Shown: piece after piece, positions 49,832 to 60,000 of the stretch
Layout: every line of letters begins with the position of its first letter
Position numbering within the stretch: position 1 is the first letter of the stretch
NCBI RefSeq assembly: GCF_963921235.1
Contig: NC_086097.1
Location: forward strand, 42,844,001 to 42,904,000
Origin: Mobula hypostoma
Lineage: Eukaryota
Direction of reading: 5' to 3'
Length of the DNA stretch: 60,000 nt
Made by a program: the position numbers and the translations under genes
Notes under the pieces: model-generated
The model's input: only the letters and a program-made list of their open reading frames with translations
Told to the model about the DNA's origin: nothing
Database searches by the model: none

Positions 49832-51173
49832 CACACATCAAAGTTGCTGGTGAACGCAGCAGGCCAGGCAGCATCTCTAGGAAGAGGTGCAGTCGACGTT
49901 TCAGGCCGAGACCCTTCGCCAGAACTAACTGAAGGAAGAGTGAGTAAGAGATTTGAAGGTTGGAAGAGGAGGGGGAGATCCAAAATGACAGGAGGGGGAG
50001 GGATGGAGCCAAGAGCTGGACAGGTGATTGGCAAAAGGGATACGAGAGGATCATGGGACAGGAGGTCCGGGAAGAAAGACGGCGGGGGGGGTGAACCCAG
50101 AGGATGGGCAAGGGGTATATTCAGAGGGACAGAGGGAGAAAAAGGAGAGTGAGAGAAAGAATGTGTGTATAAAAGTAAGTAACAGATGGGGTACGAGGGG
50201 GAGGTGGGGCATTAGCGGAAGTTAGAGAAGTCGATGTTCATGCCATCAGGTTCATGCCCAGACGGAATATAAGGTGTTGTTCCTCCAACCTGAGTGTAGC
50301 TTCATCTTTACAGTAGAGGAGGCCGTGGATAGACATATCAGAATGGGAATGGGATGTGGAATTAAAATGTGTAGCTACTGGGAGATCCTGCTTTCTCTGG
50401 CGGACAGAGCGTAGGTGTTCAGCAAACCGGTCTCCCAGTCTGCATCGGGTCTCACCAATATATAAAAGGCCACATCGGGAGCACTGGACACAGTATATCA
50501 CCCCAGCCAACTCACAGGTGAAGTGTTGCCTCACCTGGAAGGACTGTTTGGGGCCCTGAATGATGTTAAAGGAAGAAGTGTAAGGGCATGTGTAGCACTT
50601 GTTCCGCTTACACGGATAAGTGCCAGGAGGGAGATCAGTGGGGAGGGATGGGGGGGACGAATGGACAAGGAAGTCGCGTAGGGAGCGATCCCTGCGGAAA
50701 GCGGGGGGGGGGAGGAGGGAAAGATGTGCTTAGTGTTGGGATCTCTAACTTCTGCTAATGCCCCACCTCCCCCTCGTACCCCATCTGTTACTTACTTTTA
50801 TACACACATTCTTTCTCTCACTCTCCTTTTTCTCCCTTTGTCCCTCTGAATATACCCCTTGCCCATCCTCTGGGTTCCCCCCCCCGTCTTTCTTTCCGTA
50901 CCTCCTGTCCCATGATCCTCCCGTATCCCTTTTGCCAATCACCTGTCCAGCTCTTGGCTCCATCCCTTCCCCTCCTGTCATTTTGGATCTCCCCCTCCCC
51001 CTCCAACTTTCAAATCTTTTACTCACTCTTCCTTCAGTTAGTCCTGACGAAGGGTCTCAGCCTGAAACGTCGACTGTACCTCTTCCTAAAGATGCTGCCT
51101 GGCCTGCTGCGTTCACCAGCAACTTTGATGTGCGTTGCTTGAATTTCCAGCATCTGCAGAGTTCCTGTTGTTT
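49832..51173. mobile_element. Penelope-like element (-) with an inverted pLTR/3' UTR copy (+)
   Basis: GIY-YIG peptide GVIYCVQCSRCGLLYIGETRCRLGDRFAEHL (50238-50534, minus); about 390-bp inverted repeat 49832-50228 vs 50743-51131; TSD GAGATTTACAAGG (49817-49829 / 51174-51186). Confidence 0.92.
51040..51075 (+). ncRNA. Minimal type I hammerhead ribozyme motif (PLE type)
   Basis: AGTC-CTGACGA-AGG(GTCTCAG)CCT-GAAA-CGTC-GACT: stem I AGTC/GACT, intact core, stem II AGG/CCT, palindromic ACGT in place of stem III, GUC triplet with predicted cut after 51071. Confidence 0.8.
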
Positions 51174-51366
51174 GAGATTTACAAGGTTGTTGCCTGGATT
51201 GGAGAATAGGCCTTATGAGTATAGGTTGAGTGAACTTGGCCTTTTCTGCTTGGAGCAACAGAGCATGAGAGGTGACCTGCTAGATGTGTATAAGATGATG
51301 AGAGACATTGCTGATGTGGATAGTCAGAGGCTTTTTCCCAGGGCTGAAATGGCTAACACAAGGGGG

Positions 51367-51387
51367 AGGGTTAGGGTTAGGGTTAGG
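51367..51387 (+). repeat. Short interstitial telomeric tract AGGG(TTAGGG)2TTAGG
   Basis: Read directly; absent from the homologous CR1 position near 38335-38350. Confidence 0.7.
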
Positions 51388-52032
51388 CTTTTAAGGTGCT
51401 TGGAAGTGGGTACAAGTGGGATGTCAGAGGTAAATTTTTCGCACAGAGTGGTCAGTGCATGGAATGCACTGCCGGCAAAGGTGATAGGGTCTTTATAGAG
51501 ACTGTTAGATAGGTACATGGAGCTTAGAAAAATGGAGGGCTATGTAGTCGGGAAATTCTAGGCAGCTTCTAGAGTAGGTTACATGGTCGGCACAACATTG
51601 TGCGCCGAAGGGCCTGTAACGTGCTGTAAATTTCTACGTTTCTAAAATGAGTTGACTACAAGTTCTGCCTTGACACCATTTTATTAACTCATACCGTGTT
51701 ATCAATAGGCACACTACACAACTGCAACGCCAGGCGTTCTTCCCACTGTAGTTGTTACTTCCAGCCACTAGATGTCACTGTAGAGGAGGCAATACAGAGA
51801 GCTGGCTGCAGTGTTCATGTCCATCTCCATCTAGTGTTAAGAGTTGGAATTGCAGCATCGAAATGTTTAGAGGGCAGATCACTTTCAAAAAGTTGGAAAT
51901 CAGATCTCAAAAACACAAAACAATTTTTTTTTATTTAGCTCAATTTTTAATCAATATAAAAGTGATGAAACTTCAGAGCAAAATAAAGACACAAGACGAT
52001 TTAATTAAGATGGAAATATTAAGAACATATCC

Positions 52033-52322
52033 ATGCACAGTAGTATTGTGGTTAGCACAACACTTTACAGTACAGGTGACCCAGCATCAATTTCCGGCAC
52101 CGCCTGTAGGGAGCTTGTATGTTCTGCCCATGACCACGTGGGTTTCCTCTGGGCTCTAGTTGCCACCCACGGTCCAAAGATGTTCCAGTCGGTAAATTGT
52201 AAATTGTCCCATGATTAAGCTAGGATTACATCAGGGGAATTGATTGCTGGGTGCGTGGTTCGAGGACCCAATTCTGTGCTATATGTACATATATGTATAT
52301 ATATACATAATAAATAAATAAA
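52033..52322 (+). mobile_element. Degenerate V-SINE (HE1-like)
   Basis: tRNA-like head GCACAGTAGTATTGTGGTTAGCAC; V-domain-like GGAGCTTGTATGTTCTGCCCATGACCACGTGGGTTTCCTCTGGG..CCCACGGTCCAAAGA; (TAAA)n tail. Confidence 0.75.
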
Positions 52323-53907
52323 TTGTTTTAAGTAGGTTAGGTGAAAAATATTTGTTGAGCATCAGACTTCAATAATTTAAACCAGAAAGTGTAAGGAAAT
52401 TGCACAACAGACTAATGTCAGATGAGCAAAATGCGTAAACTAGATTGCAGAGAATGGTTTAATTTGAAGAGTGTACATCAATAAATACTGAATTAATTGT
52501 AAACCAACATTAAATTAACTCCAACTAAAAACTGACCAAAATTTCTGTATCAACATGTAACTAGGAACCCTGGGATTTCTAAAGAAACTTTTAAAACAGA
52601 AATTGGCTGAAAAATTTGTGAATTGTGTCCATAGATGATTGACCCACAGATGCAATTAATCCATCTGCTTGCTCCACACAAGGAATTATGATACAGAAGT
52701 ACAGAACTATGACTTCAGAAGCAGGGGTAGACCACTTGGCTCCTCACCCCTGCTTGCCTGCCATTTAAGAAAAAGGTTGGCCGCAGTATTTTCATGCTCA
52801 CAGATGATTGCTCATTATGATCATTTATTTTCAACGTGCTGAAAACTGATGACAGTTACTAGTTAAGTCACCAGAATCATGGCCATGTGTGGTGTTATTT
52901 GGAAAAATATGGTACTGTAAAGAGATGGGCATTTGTACCAATAACTTGTGATTTTTTGCATCATTAAAAGATGGTAGAAAAATCTCTGACAGTTTTTCAG
53001 GAGCAGGTGAGGGAAATAATGGAAGATTTCTCATACAGACCTGTTATGGCATGGACTCAGCAGGCCTAATACCCTTCTTCCATAACGTGAAGAAATATAC
53101 TAGGAACAGCTAATGTCTGTGACAGATAAGAACTGAGTTAATCTTGTGTCAACTAGATTATATATAAGTATGTGTACTAAATGAAGAAAAATGTTACCAG
53201 TTTCCACACAAAAGGGCTTGAAATACGGCTGATGTTAACAATATCTTACTGTTCTCTAATGTGTGAGCTGACATTAGGCTAGGAGTTCTGATATCATATG
53301 AGAATCTGTTTATTGTGGAACAAGTTGAACTCCAGCAGTACTGGGTGGGTGGAAGACAATGATGAACTGAAGGGAGTTCTGGGTGAAATCAGTCACCATC
53401 AGCTGCTACAGTGCATTAGTTGGGGTGCTGAAAGTGTATAAACCACTGGGGTGAGAAACCTACGTCTAGGTACAAAAGAACAGTGAATTTGGATTTCTAT
53501 AGTAAGGCAAACACAAGTCCAAAACGGTGAAAAATAATAGCAAGAAAGAATGCAACAAAGCACAAAAATATTAATAAACATGCAGACTGGTAAATTAATT
53601 TCAATGGAGTGTGAGGGGATGCATTTTAAGAGAAGAAATAAGAAAGCCACAAACTTTACAGGAAACATATTTAGCATCATGATTACTAGAGCATGGAAGC
53701 TTGTTCTTCCAAATGTATTGAAATTCAGACCTTAATTTGCAAAATTATCCCTCTCTGCAAGTATATTATTCTTCTTTTGTGTACAATGAATTAAATCATA
53801 CTTTATCTTTGAAACACTGCATGGTTCAGTAAGCATTTTTCAGTTGGAATGGTGACATGGCTTGCTGTTCTATCTTTTGTTCAGCACTGCTGATCCTTTA
53901 TAAACTG

Positions 53908-54602
53908 TGTACATACATCTATTGATGCTTCTGGACACATCTTCAGTGATGTTCCTGGAATCATCGGGTGTTTTGGGTCTTTCAACATCACACAACCTCC
54001 TCCAGGTGACCCAGCCGGGGCTGATCAGACCCCAGCTTGTGTCCAGATGGCTAGCTACTTATGACTCCATGGCTCCCCTCTTTTGAGCCACAGCCATCTT
54101 GAGGCCCTCTCTGCCGCATCGGTGGTACTGCGGATGGCTCTCCTCTTCCTCTCTCCCTCGATGCCCAAAATGCTGAAGGCCCTAACTAAAGAACGGGCTA
54201 TGAATCCCCTACAACCAACTTCCACTGGGAGACACCTCGCTCTCCATCCAGCCTGCTGACAGTTGCTGACCAGTCCTGCGTACTTGGAGAGCTTCCTTTC
54301 AAAGGCCTCCTCCAAGCGATCTTCCCATGGGACTGTCAGCTCCAGCAGCACCACTTGCTTAGTAGACTCAGACACTAGGACAGTGTCTGGTCACAGGGTG
54401 GTGGCTGCGATATGGTTGGGGAACTTCAGCTGCCCTTCGAGGTCCACCAACAGCTGCCAGTCCCTTGCAGAGGTCAGAATGCCTGCAGATGTTCTTTTGG
54501 CAGGTATTGGCTGCTCCCCAGCTCTGACAAAGGCAATGGTCTGCTTGGAGGGTCGGGACCGCTTCGCCCACTCAACTCCTGCGCTGACGGCTTCAGCGAT
54601 TT
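53908..54602 (-). mobile_element. Hero-like (R2 group) non-LTR element 3' end with restriction-like endonuclease
   Basis: TL*PDTVLVSESTKQVVLLELTVPWEDRLEEAFERKLSKY..VEVGCRGF..AAERASRWLWLKR, a PD-(D/E)xK-type RLE domain. Confidence 0.85.
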
Positions 54603-54843
54603 CTGTGATACTTATCAAGAACTCTGACTGTCAGCTGCCATTTAAAATTGTGAATAGTCTGTCTGCATTGGGTGCTGCTGGCATTTCATGTCTATCCCTG
54701 ATCACCCTTGAGAAAATAGTGATGCCTTCCTCCTGAACCACTCAGATCTTTTTGGCAGCGGTTTCCACAGTTTAGAACCAGCAATAATGAAGGACCAGCA
54801 ATGTACTGTACTTCCAAATCAGGTCTGTGCGTAACTAGGAAGG

Positions 54844-56543
54844 AAACATAGAAACATAGAAACATAGAAAATAGGTGCAGGAGTAGGCCATTCAGCCCTT
54901 CGAGCCTGCACCGCCATTTATTATGATCATGGCTGATCATCCAACTCAGAACCCCGCCCCAGCCTTCCCTCCATACCCCCTGACCCCCATAGCCACAAGG
55001 GCCATATCTAACTCCCTCTTAAACATAACCAATGAACTGGCCTCAACAGTTTGCTGTGGCAGAGAATTCCACAGATTCACCACTCTCTGTGTGAAGAAGT
55101 TTTTCCTAATCTCGGTCCTAAAAGGCTTCCCCTCTATCCTCAAACTGTGACCCCTCGTTCTGGACTTCCCCAACATCGGGAACAATCTTCCTGCATCTAG
55201 CCTGTCCAATCCCTTTAGGATCTTATACGTTTCAATCAGATCCCCCCACAATCTTCTAAATTCCAACGAGTACAAGCCCAGTTCATCCAGTCTTTCTTCA
55301 TATGAAAGTCCTGCCATCCCAGGAATCAATCTGGTGAACCTTCTTTGTACTCCCTCTATGGCAAAGATGTCTTTCCTCAGATTAGGGGACCAAAACTGCA
55401 CACAATACTCCAGGTGTGGTCTCACCAAGGCCTTGTATAACTGCAGTAGTACCTCCCTGCTCCTGTACTCGAATCCTCTCGCTATAAATGCCAGCATACC
55501 ATTCGCCTTTTTCACCGCCTGCTGTATCTGCATGCCCACTTTCAATGACTGGTGTATAATGACACCCAGGTCTCGTTGCACCTCCCCTTTTCCTAATCGG
55601 CCACCATTCAGATAATAATCTGTTTTCCTATTTTTGCCACCAAAGTGGATAACTTCACATTTATCCACATTAAATTGCATCTGCCATGAGTTTGCCCACT
55701 CACCCAACCTATCCAAGTCACCCTGCATCCTCTTAGCATCCTCCTCACTGCTAACACTGCCACCCAGCTTCGTGTCATCTGCAAACTTGGAGATGCTGCA
55801 TTTAATTCCCTCATCCAAGTCATTAATATATATTGTAAACAACTGGGGTCCCAGCACTGAGCCTTGCGGTACCCCACTAGTCACCGCCTGCCATTCTGAA
55901 AAGGTCCCGTTTATTCCCACTCTTTGCTTCCTGTCTGCTAACCAATTCTCCACCCACACCAATACCTTACCCCCAATACCGTGTGCTTTAAGTTTGCACA
56001 CTAATCTCCTATGTGGGACCTTGTCAAAAGCCTTTTGAAAATCCAAATATACCACATCCACTGGTTCTCCCCTATCCACTCTACTAGTTACATCCTCAAA
56101 AAATTCTATGAGATTCGTCAGACATGATTTTCCTTTCACAAATCCATGCTGACTTTGTCCGATCATTTCACCGCTTTCCAAATGTGCTGTTATCACATCC
56201 TTGATAACTGACTCCAGCAGTTTCCCCACCACCGATGTTAGGCTAACCGGTCTATAATTCCCCGGTTTCTCTCTCCCTCCTTTTTTAAAAAGTGGGGTTA
56301 CATTAGCCACCCTCCAATCCTCAGGAACTAGTCCAGAATCTAACGAGTTTTGAAAAATTATCACTAATGCATCCACTATTTCTTGGGCTACTTCCTTAAG
56401 CACTCTAGGATGCAGACCATCTGGCCCTGGGGATTTATCTGCCTTCAATCCCTTCAAATTACCCAACACCACTTCCCTACTAACATGTATTTCACTCAGT
56501 TCCTCCATCTCACTGGACCCTCTGTCCCTTACTATTTCTGGAA
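54844..56543 (-). mobile_element. Young 5'-truncated CR1 LINE; uninterrupted RT and C-terminal ORF ending at 54946
   Basis: [44 protein letters not shown] and FADD with no stops over about 1.6 kb; tail (TTTCTATG)3. Confidence 0.96.
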
Positions 56544-56721
56544 GTAGTGCTCCTTCAGTCAAGCATCTTACTTTGAAATAACCACATTTTGTACGCACAA
56601 GACAAAAAGTAATATGTAATGGTGATAGCATTTATCATTTGTGGAAAGCATCAACAACCACCTGTTGTAATTCGTGTCTAAAATCACTCAAAGTCGGAGG
56701 TTTTCTGTTTGGTCTTATCTA

Positions 56722-57220
56722 TAACCATATAACAATTACAGCATGGAAACAGGCCATCTCAGCCCTTCTAGTCCGTGCCAAACTCTTACTCCCACCTAGT
56801 CCCACTGACCTGCACTCAACCCATAACCCTCCATTCCTTTCCTGTCCATATATCTATCCAATTTAACTTTAAACGACAACATCGAACCTGCCTCAACCAC
56901 TTCTGCTGGAAGCTCGTTCCACACTGCTACCACTCTGAGTAAAGAAGTTCCCCCTCCTGTTACCCCTAAACTTTTGCCCTTTAACTCTCAACTCATGTCC
57001 GCTTGTTTGAATCTCCCCCACTCTCAATGGAAAAAGCCTATCCATGTCCACTCTATTTATCCCCTTCATAAGTTTAAATACCTCTATCAAGTCCCCCCTC
57101 AACCTTCCATGCTCCAAAGAATAAAGGCCTAACTTGTTCAACCTTTCTCTGTAACTTAGGAGATGAAACCCAGGCAACATATCAGTGAATCTTCTCTGTA
57201 CTCTCTCAATTTTACTGACA
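56722..57220 (-). mobile_element. CR1 3' fragment of a different subfamily
   Basis: IERVQRRFTDMLPG..LRGDLIEVFK..GNFFTQ peptide. Confidence 0.88.
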
Positions 57221-57474
57221 TCTGTTGCTTCAAGGATGAGGACATTTGCCTGGATGACCATAACATGCTGGTTCAGTGTCAGATTAATCTGAAGGTTCAT
57301 TTCTATATGGCACACCATTTATTCTAGATGGTGCAACCTTCAGATTCACAGTTGTGATTTAATTTCCTGTACACAATTGCGACAGAGAACAAAATAATCA
57401 TTACTCCAGATCTGATGCAGCACAAAAAAATACAAAGATAAAGAATACAACAATAATTTTTAAAAATCAAAATA

Positions 57475-58227
57475 ACACAAACAGGTCTACAGATGCTGAA
57501 AATCCAAAACACACGGAAAATGCTGGAGGGACTCAGCAGGTCAGGAAGCATCTATGGAAATGAATAAACAGTCCACGTTTTGGCCCACGACCTTTCTTCA
57601 GGACTGAAAATGAAGGGGGAAGACAACAGAATAAAAAGGTGGGGGCGCAATGTTCCCTCTAAGGTGCATGCGCACATCTTTAGCTACTAGCGCACATAGG
57701 AACTTAAACTGCGCACAAAAGATTGTCACCCTCTACCTCATTGGCATGTTCAATATATTTCACGATCATACACAATCACGTTTCTTTCCCCATTTTCTGA
57801 TGCGGAGATTCTTGACAATGTGGAGTTTGCGATTTCTCTGCAGATTTCACAACTGGCTTATACTGTTTTTATTGAAGTTATTCTGTGCATACATGTCATT
57901 GTCACTGGGCACAAATTTGCACCGCACAAAATTTTTGCACACACTGGTCATTACAAATTAGAGGGAACATTGGTTGTGGGGTGGGGGAAGGAGGATATCT
58001 AGAAGGTGGTAGGTGAAGCCAGGTGGGTTGGAAAGATAAAAGGCTGGAGAAGGTGATACAAGAGGAGAGTGGACCATAGGAAGGAGGAGGGCACCCAGGG
58101 CAAGATGATAGGCAGGTGAGAAGATATAAGAGGCCTAAATGGGGAATAGAAGAAAAGGGGAGGGGAAGTAACATTTTATTTTACCGGAAGGAGAAATTGG
58201 TATTCATGCTAGCAGGTTGGAGGTTAC
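57475..58227 (-). mobile_element. PLE pLTR and 3' UTR, interrupted by a MITE
   Basis: Homologous to 9181-9600; degenerate hammerhead at about 57570-57606. Confidence 0.8.
57648..57972. mobile_element. hAT-like MITE (325 bp)
   Basis: Perfect 15-bp TIR CAATGTTCCCTCTAA / TTAGAGGGAACATTG; subterminal GCGCACA/GCACA repeats; no clean TSD. Confidence 0.85.
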
Positions 58228-59860
58228 TCAGACAGAGTGTAAGACAGACAATAAATACATAGCTGATATACATAGTTTGACTGCATGTCCATAAAGTGAT
58301 CTAGGCTGTTCATAAGGTGACTGACAGGAAATAATAAAGTAGTGGTGGAGTTGGTGGGTGGAGGTGTTATCAACCTTACTGCTCGTGGATGCTACGAGGC
58401 CTCCTCCCTGATGCCAGTGGGTGGAATTTTTCATGATGTTACCGGGTGTTTTCAGCACTTTTCTGTATATACACCACGTCCTTGATGGTGGGTACGCTGG
58501 CACCAGTGTGAACTGGGCAGTCTCAGCTACCCGTTGTAGAGCCTTCCTGTCCATCACACTGCAGTTTCCATACCGAGCAGTGACGCAGCTGGTCAGGATC
58601 CTCTCCACTGCGCATCTGCAGCATGATGAGTATGAATATGCTCTCTTCAGGAAGTTGATAAGCACAAGCATTGACTGTGAAGGATGTGTTCTGAAACCAT
58701 GAGAGGCAATGTGTGATGTGCACTCCCAGGAGTATGAAACGGCTTGCACTTTCCACTATTGTGCCACCAGTATTGGGGGGGTGGGGGCAGTGAATTCTTC
58801 TGAAGTCAACAACCATCTCCTTTGTGGTGTTGACATTAGCCTGGCACCAGGCTCCATCTCTTCCACCTCTTCCCTGTAGGCCACTTCATTGTCGATGAGC
58901 CCCACCACTGTTGTGTCCCTGGTGGACCTGACAATGTGATTACTCAGGTGTTTGTGCAGTCATGGGTGAGCAATGTGTACAGCAACTGGCTCAGAACACA
59001 AGCCTTAGGGGGTGGGGGAAACCCACATTGATGATGATGGGGACAGAGGAGCAGTTGTGCATCCTACCTGAGGTCTGTTGGTTAGGAAGTCCCAACATTC
59101 AGTTGCAGTGGTGTATTTAGACTAGGGAATAGAAGCTTGCTCACCAAAGTCCATGGGACAATAGTGTTCAAAGCCAAACTGAAATCCAGAAGTAGCATTC
59201 TTAAAGATGTGTCCTTGTTTTCTAGGTGTCAGTATCTGTTAAGTGATTCTGTCAGAATCTGATTAAGGATCTTGGTCCGAAACATCCACCGTTTCCTCTT
59301 TTCCATAGATGCTGCCTGACCCTCCGTAATTTTGTGTGTTGCTATGGCAGTAATGGAAGTTTTTGATTATGTGCCATTATCAGCCATTCAAAGCACTTTA
59401 TGACGACTGATGTCAGATGTTAGTACCACAAGGCGGTAGTCCATTTAGTTCTGAAGGTGTGTTTTTTGGTACAGGGATGATGGTGGCTGATTTGATGCAA
59501 GTGGGACAGTAGCCTGCATGAGTGAGGAGTTGGATATGTCCATGAAGACATCAGTGAGCGAGTGTGCATTCTCTGAGTACCTAGCCCAGGATGTTGTCCA
59601 GCCAAGCTGCCTTACAAAGGTTGACTCTTTACAGAGTCCTTCTCGAGTGTGCTGCTACTGCTTCTGACAGTGGCTACTCACCCGGGAAGGGAGGATTTTC
59701 ATGGCTAGTGTTGTGTTGCATAAAAGGAAGAGGGAGCAAGGCACAGGAGTGTCCTGGTACAGTCAACACTGCTTTTCCTTGCGTAATGTCATTGATGCCC
59801 AGCAACATACACCAGGGACTGTGAACGGGAAGGTATTCCTGAAATTTTCTGTGCGTAAAC
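58228..59860 (-). mobile_element. Degenerate Rex1 LINE fragment(s), with a small PLE piece at about 59255-59345
   Basis: EMVVDFRR and CAVERILTSCVTARYGNC..DRKALQRV peptides. Confidence 0.75.
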
Positions 59861-60000
59861 AGCCTTTGTCCTCTTAATGCCTAAGATGAGGTTTCTCCCG
59901 ACTGCTCTAAGAACTGTTCTGTTACCACAAGCACAAGAACAGGCCTTTTGGTCCACTTTCTGCTCTGCAGAATTAAACTAAATCACTTCTAACTGCACAT

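Larger units (their letters stand above)
47785..51644 (+). mobile_element. Decayed CR1 LINE interrupted by a Rex1 3' end and a PLE
   Basis: [34 protein letters not shown] and RPHLEHC peptides; tail TTTCTACGTTTCTA. Confidence 0.9.

Noticed and set aside
50758..51498. 246-aa ORF as a novel gene
   Set aside because: It is a chimeric read-through of pyrimidine-rich PLE UTR into a CR1 C-terminal remnant.
56544..56631. N-terminal extension of the 561-aa RT ORF, suggesting a domesticated RT gene
   Set aside because: CR1 homology stops at about 56543. The upstream ATG lies in flanking DNA and is most simply a chance read-through.
1..60000. Prokaryote-style RT systems (retron, DGR, group II intron) suggested by the many RT ORFs
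   Set aside because: All RT fragments carry eukaryotic CR1, Rex1, L1, RTE or Gypsy signatures with tails and TSDs, and there is no operon structure.

Overview
This window is eukaryotic vertebrate DNA that looks intronic or intergenic. The repeat mix (CR1 with (TTTCTATG)n tails, Penelope, Rex1, V-SINE) suggests a cartilaginous fish, probably a ray; that is an inference. I found no host protein-coding gene I can support, and nearly every long ORF belongs to a transposable element. The centrepiece (about 23.7-37.5 kb) is a resolvable nest. A Crack/Daphne-type LINE (-) is interrupted by an RTE LINE (11-bp TSD) and by an L1-clade LINE (18-bp TSD). The L1 is itself interrupted by a two-LTR Gmr1-like Gypsy retrotransposon with a 4-bp TSD, tRNA-Pro-like PBS, SCAN-like capsid and the integrase-before-RT order. 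Throughout the window, Penelope-like elements and short, often inverted, TSD-flanked fragments carry a minimal type I hammerhead ribozyme motif (about 14 copies, one with core and stems intact at 51040-51075). Also present are Tc1, Tigger and hAT-type DNA transposons, Tx1 and Hero/R2-group LINE fragments, two tRNA-SINEs, a short telomeric tract inside a CR1, a candidate CTCF site and an unexplained CpG-rich unique segment. I see no convincing wholly new biological system; the best leads are unusual variants of known families. Boundaries without a stated TSD or TIR are approximate.
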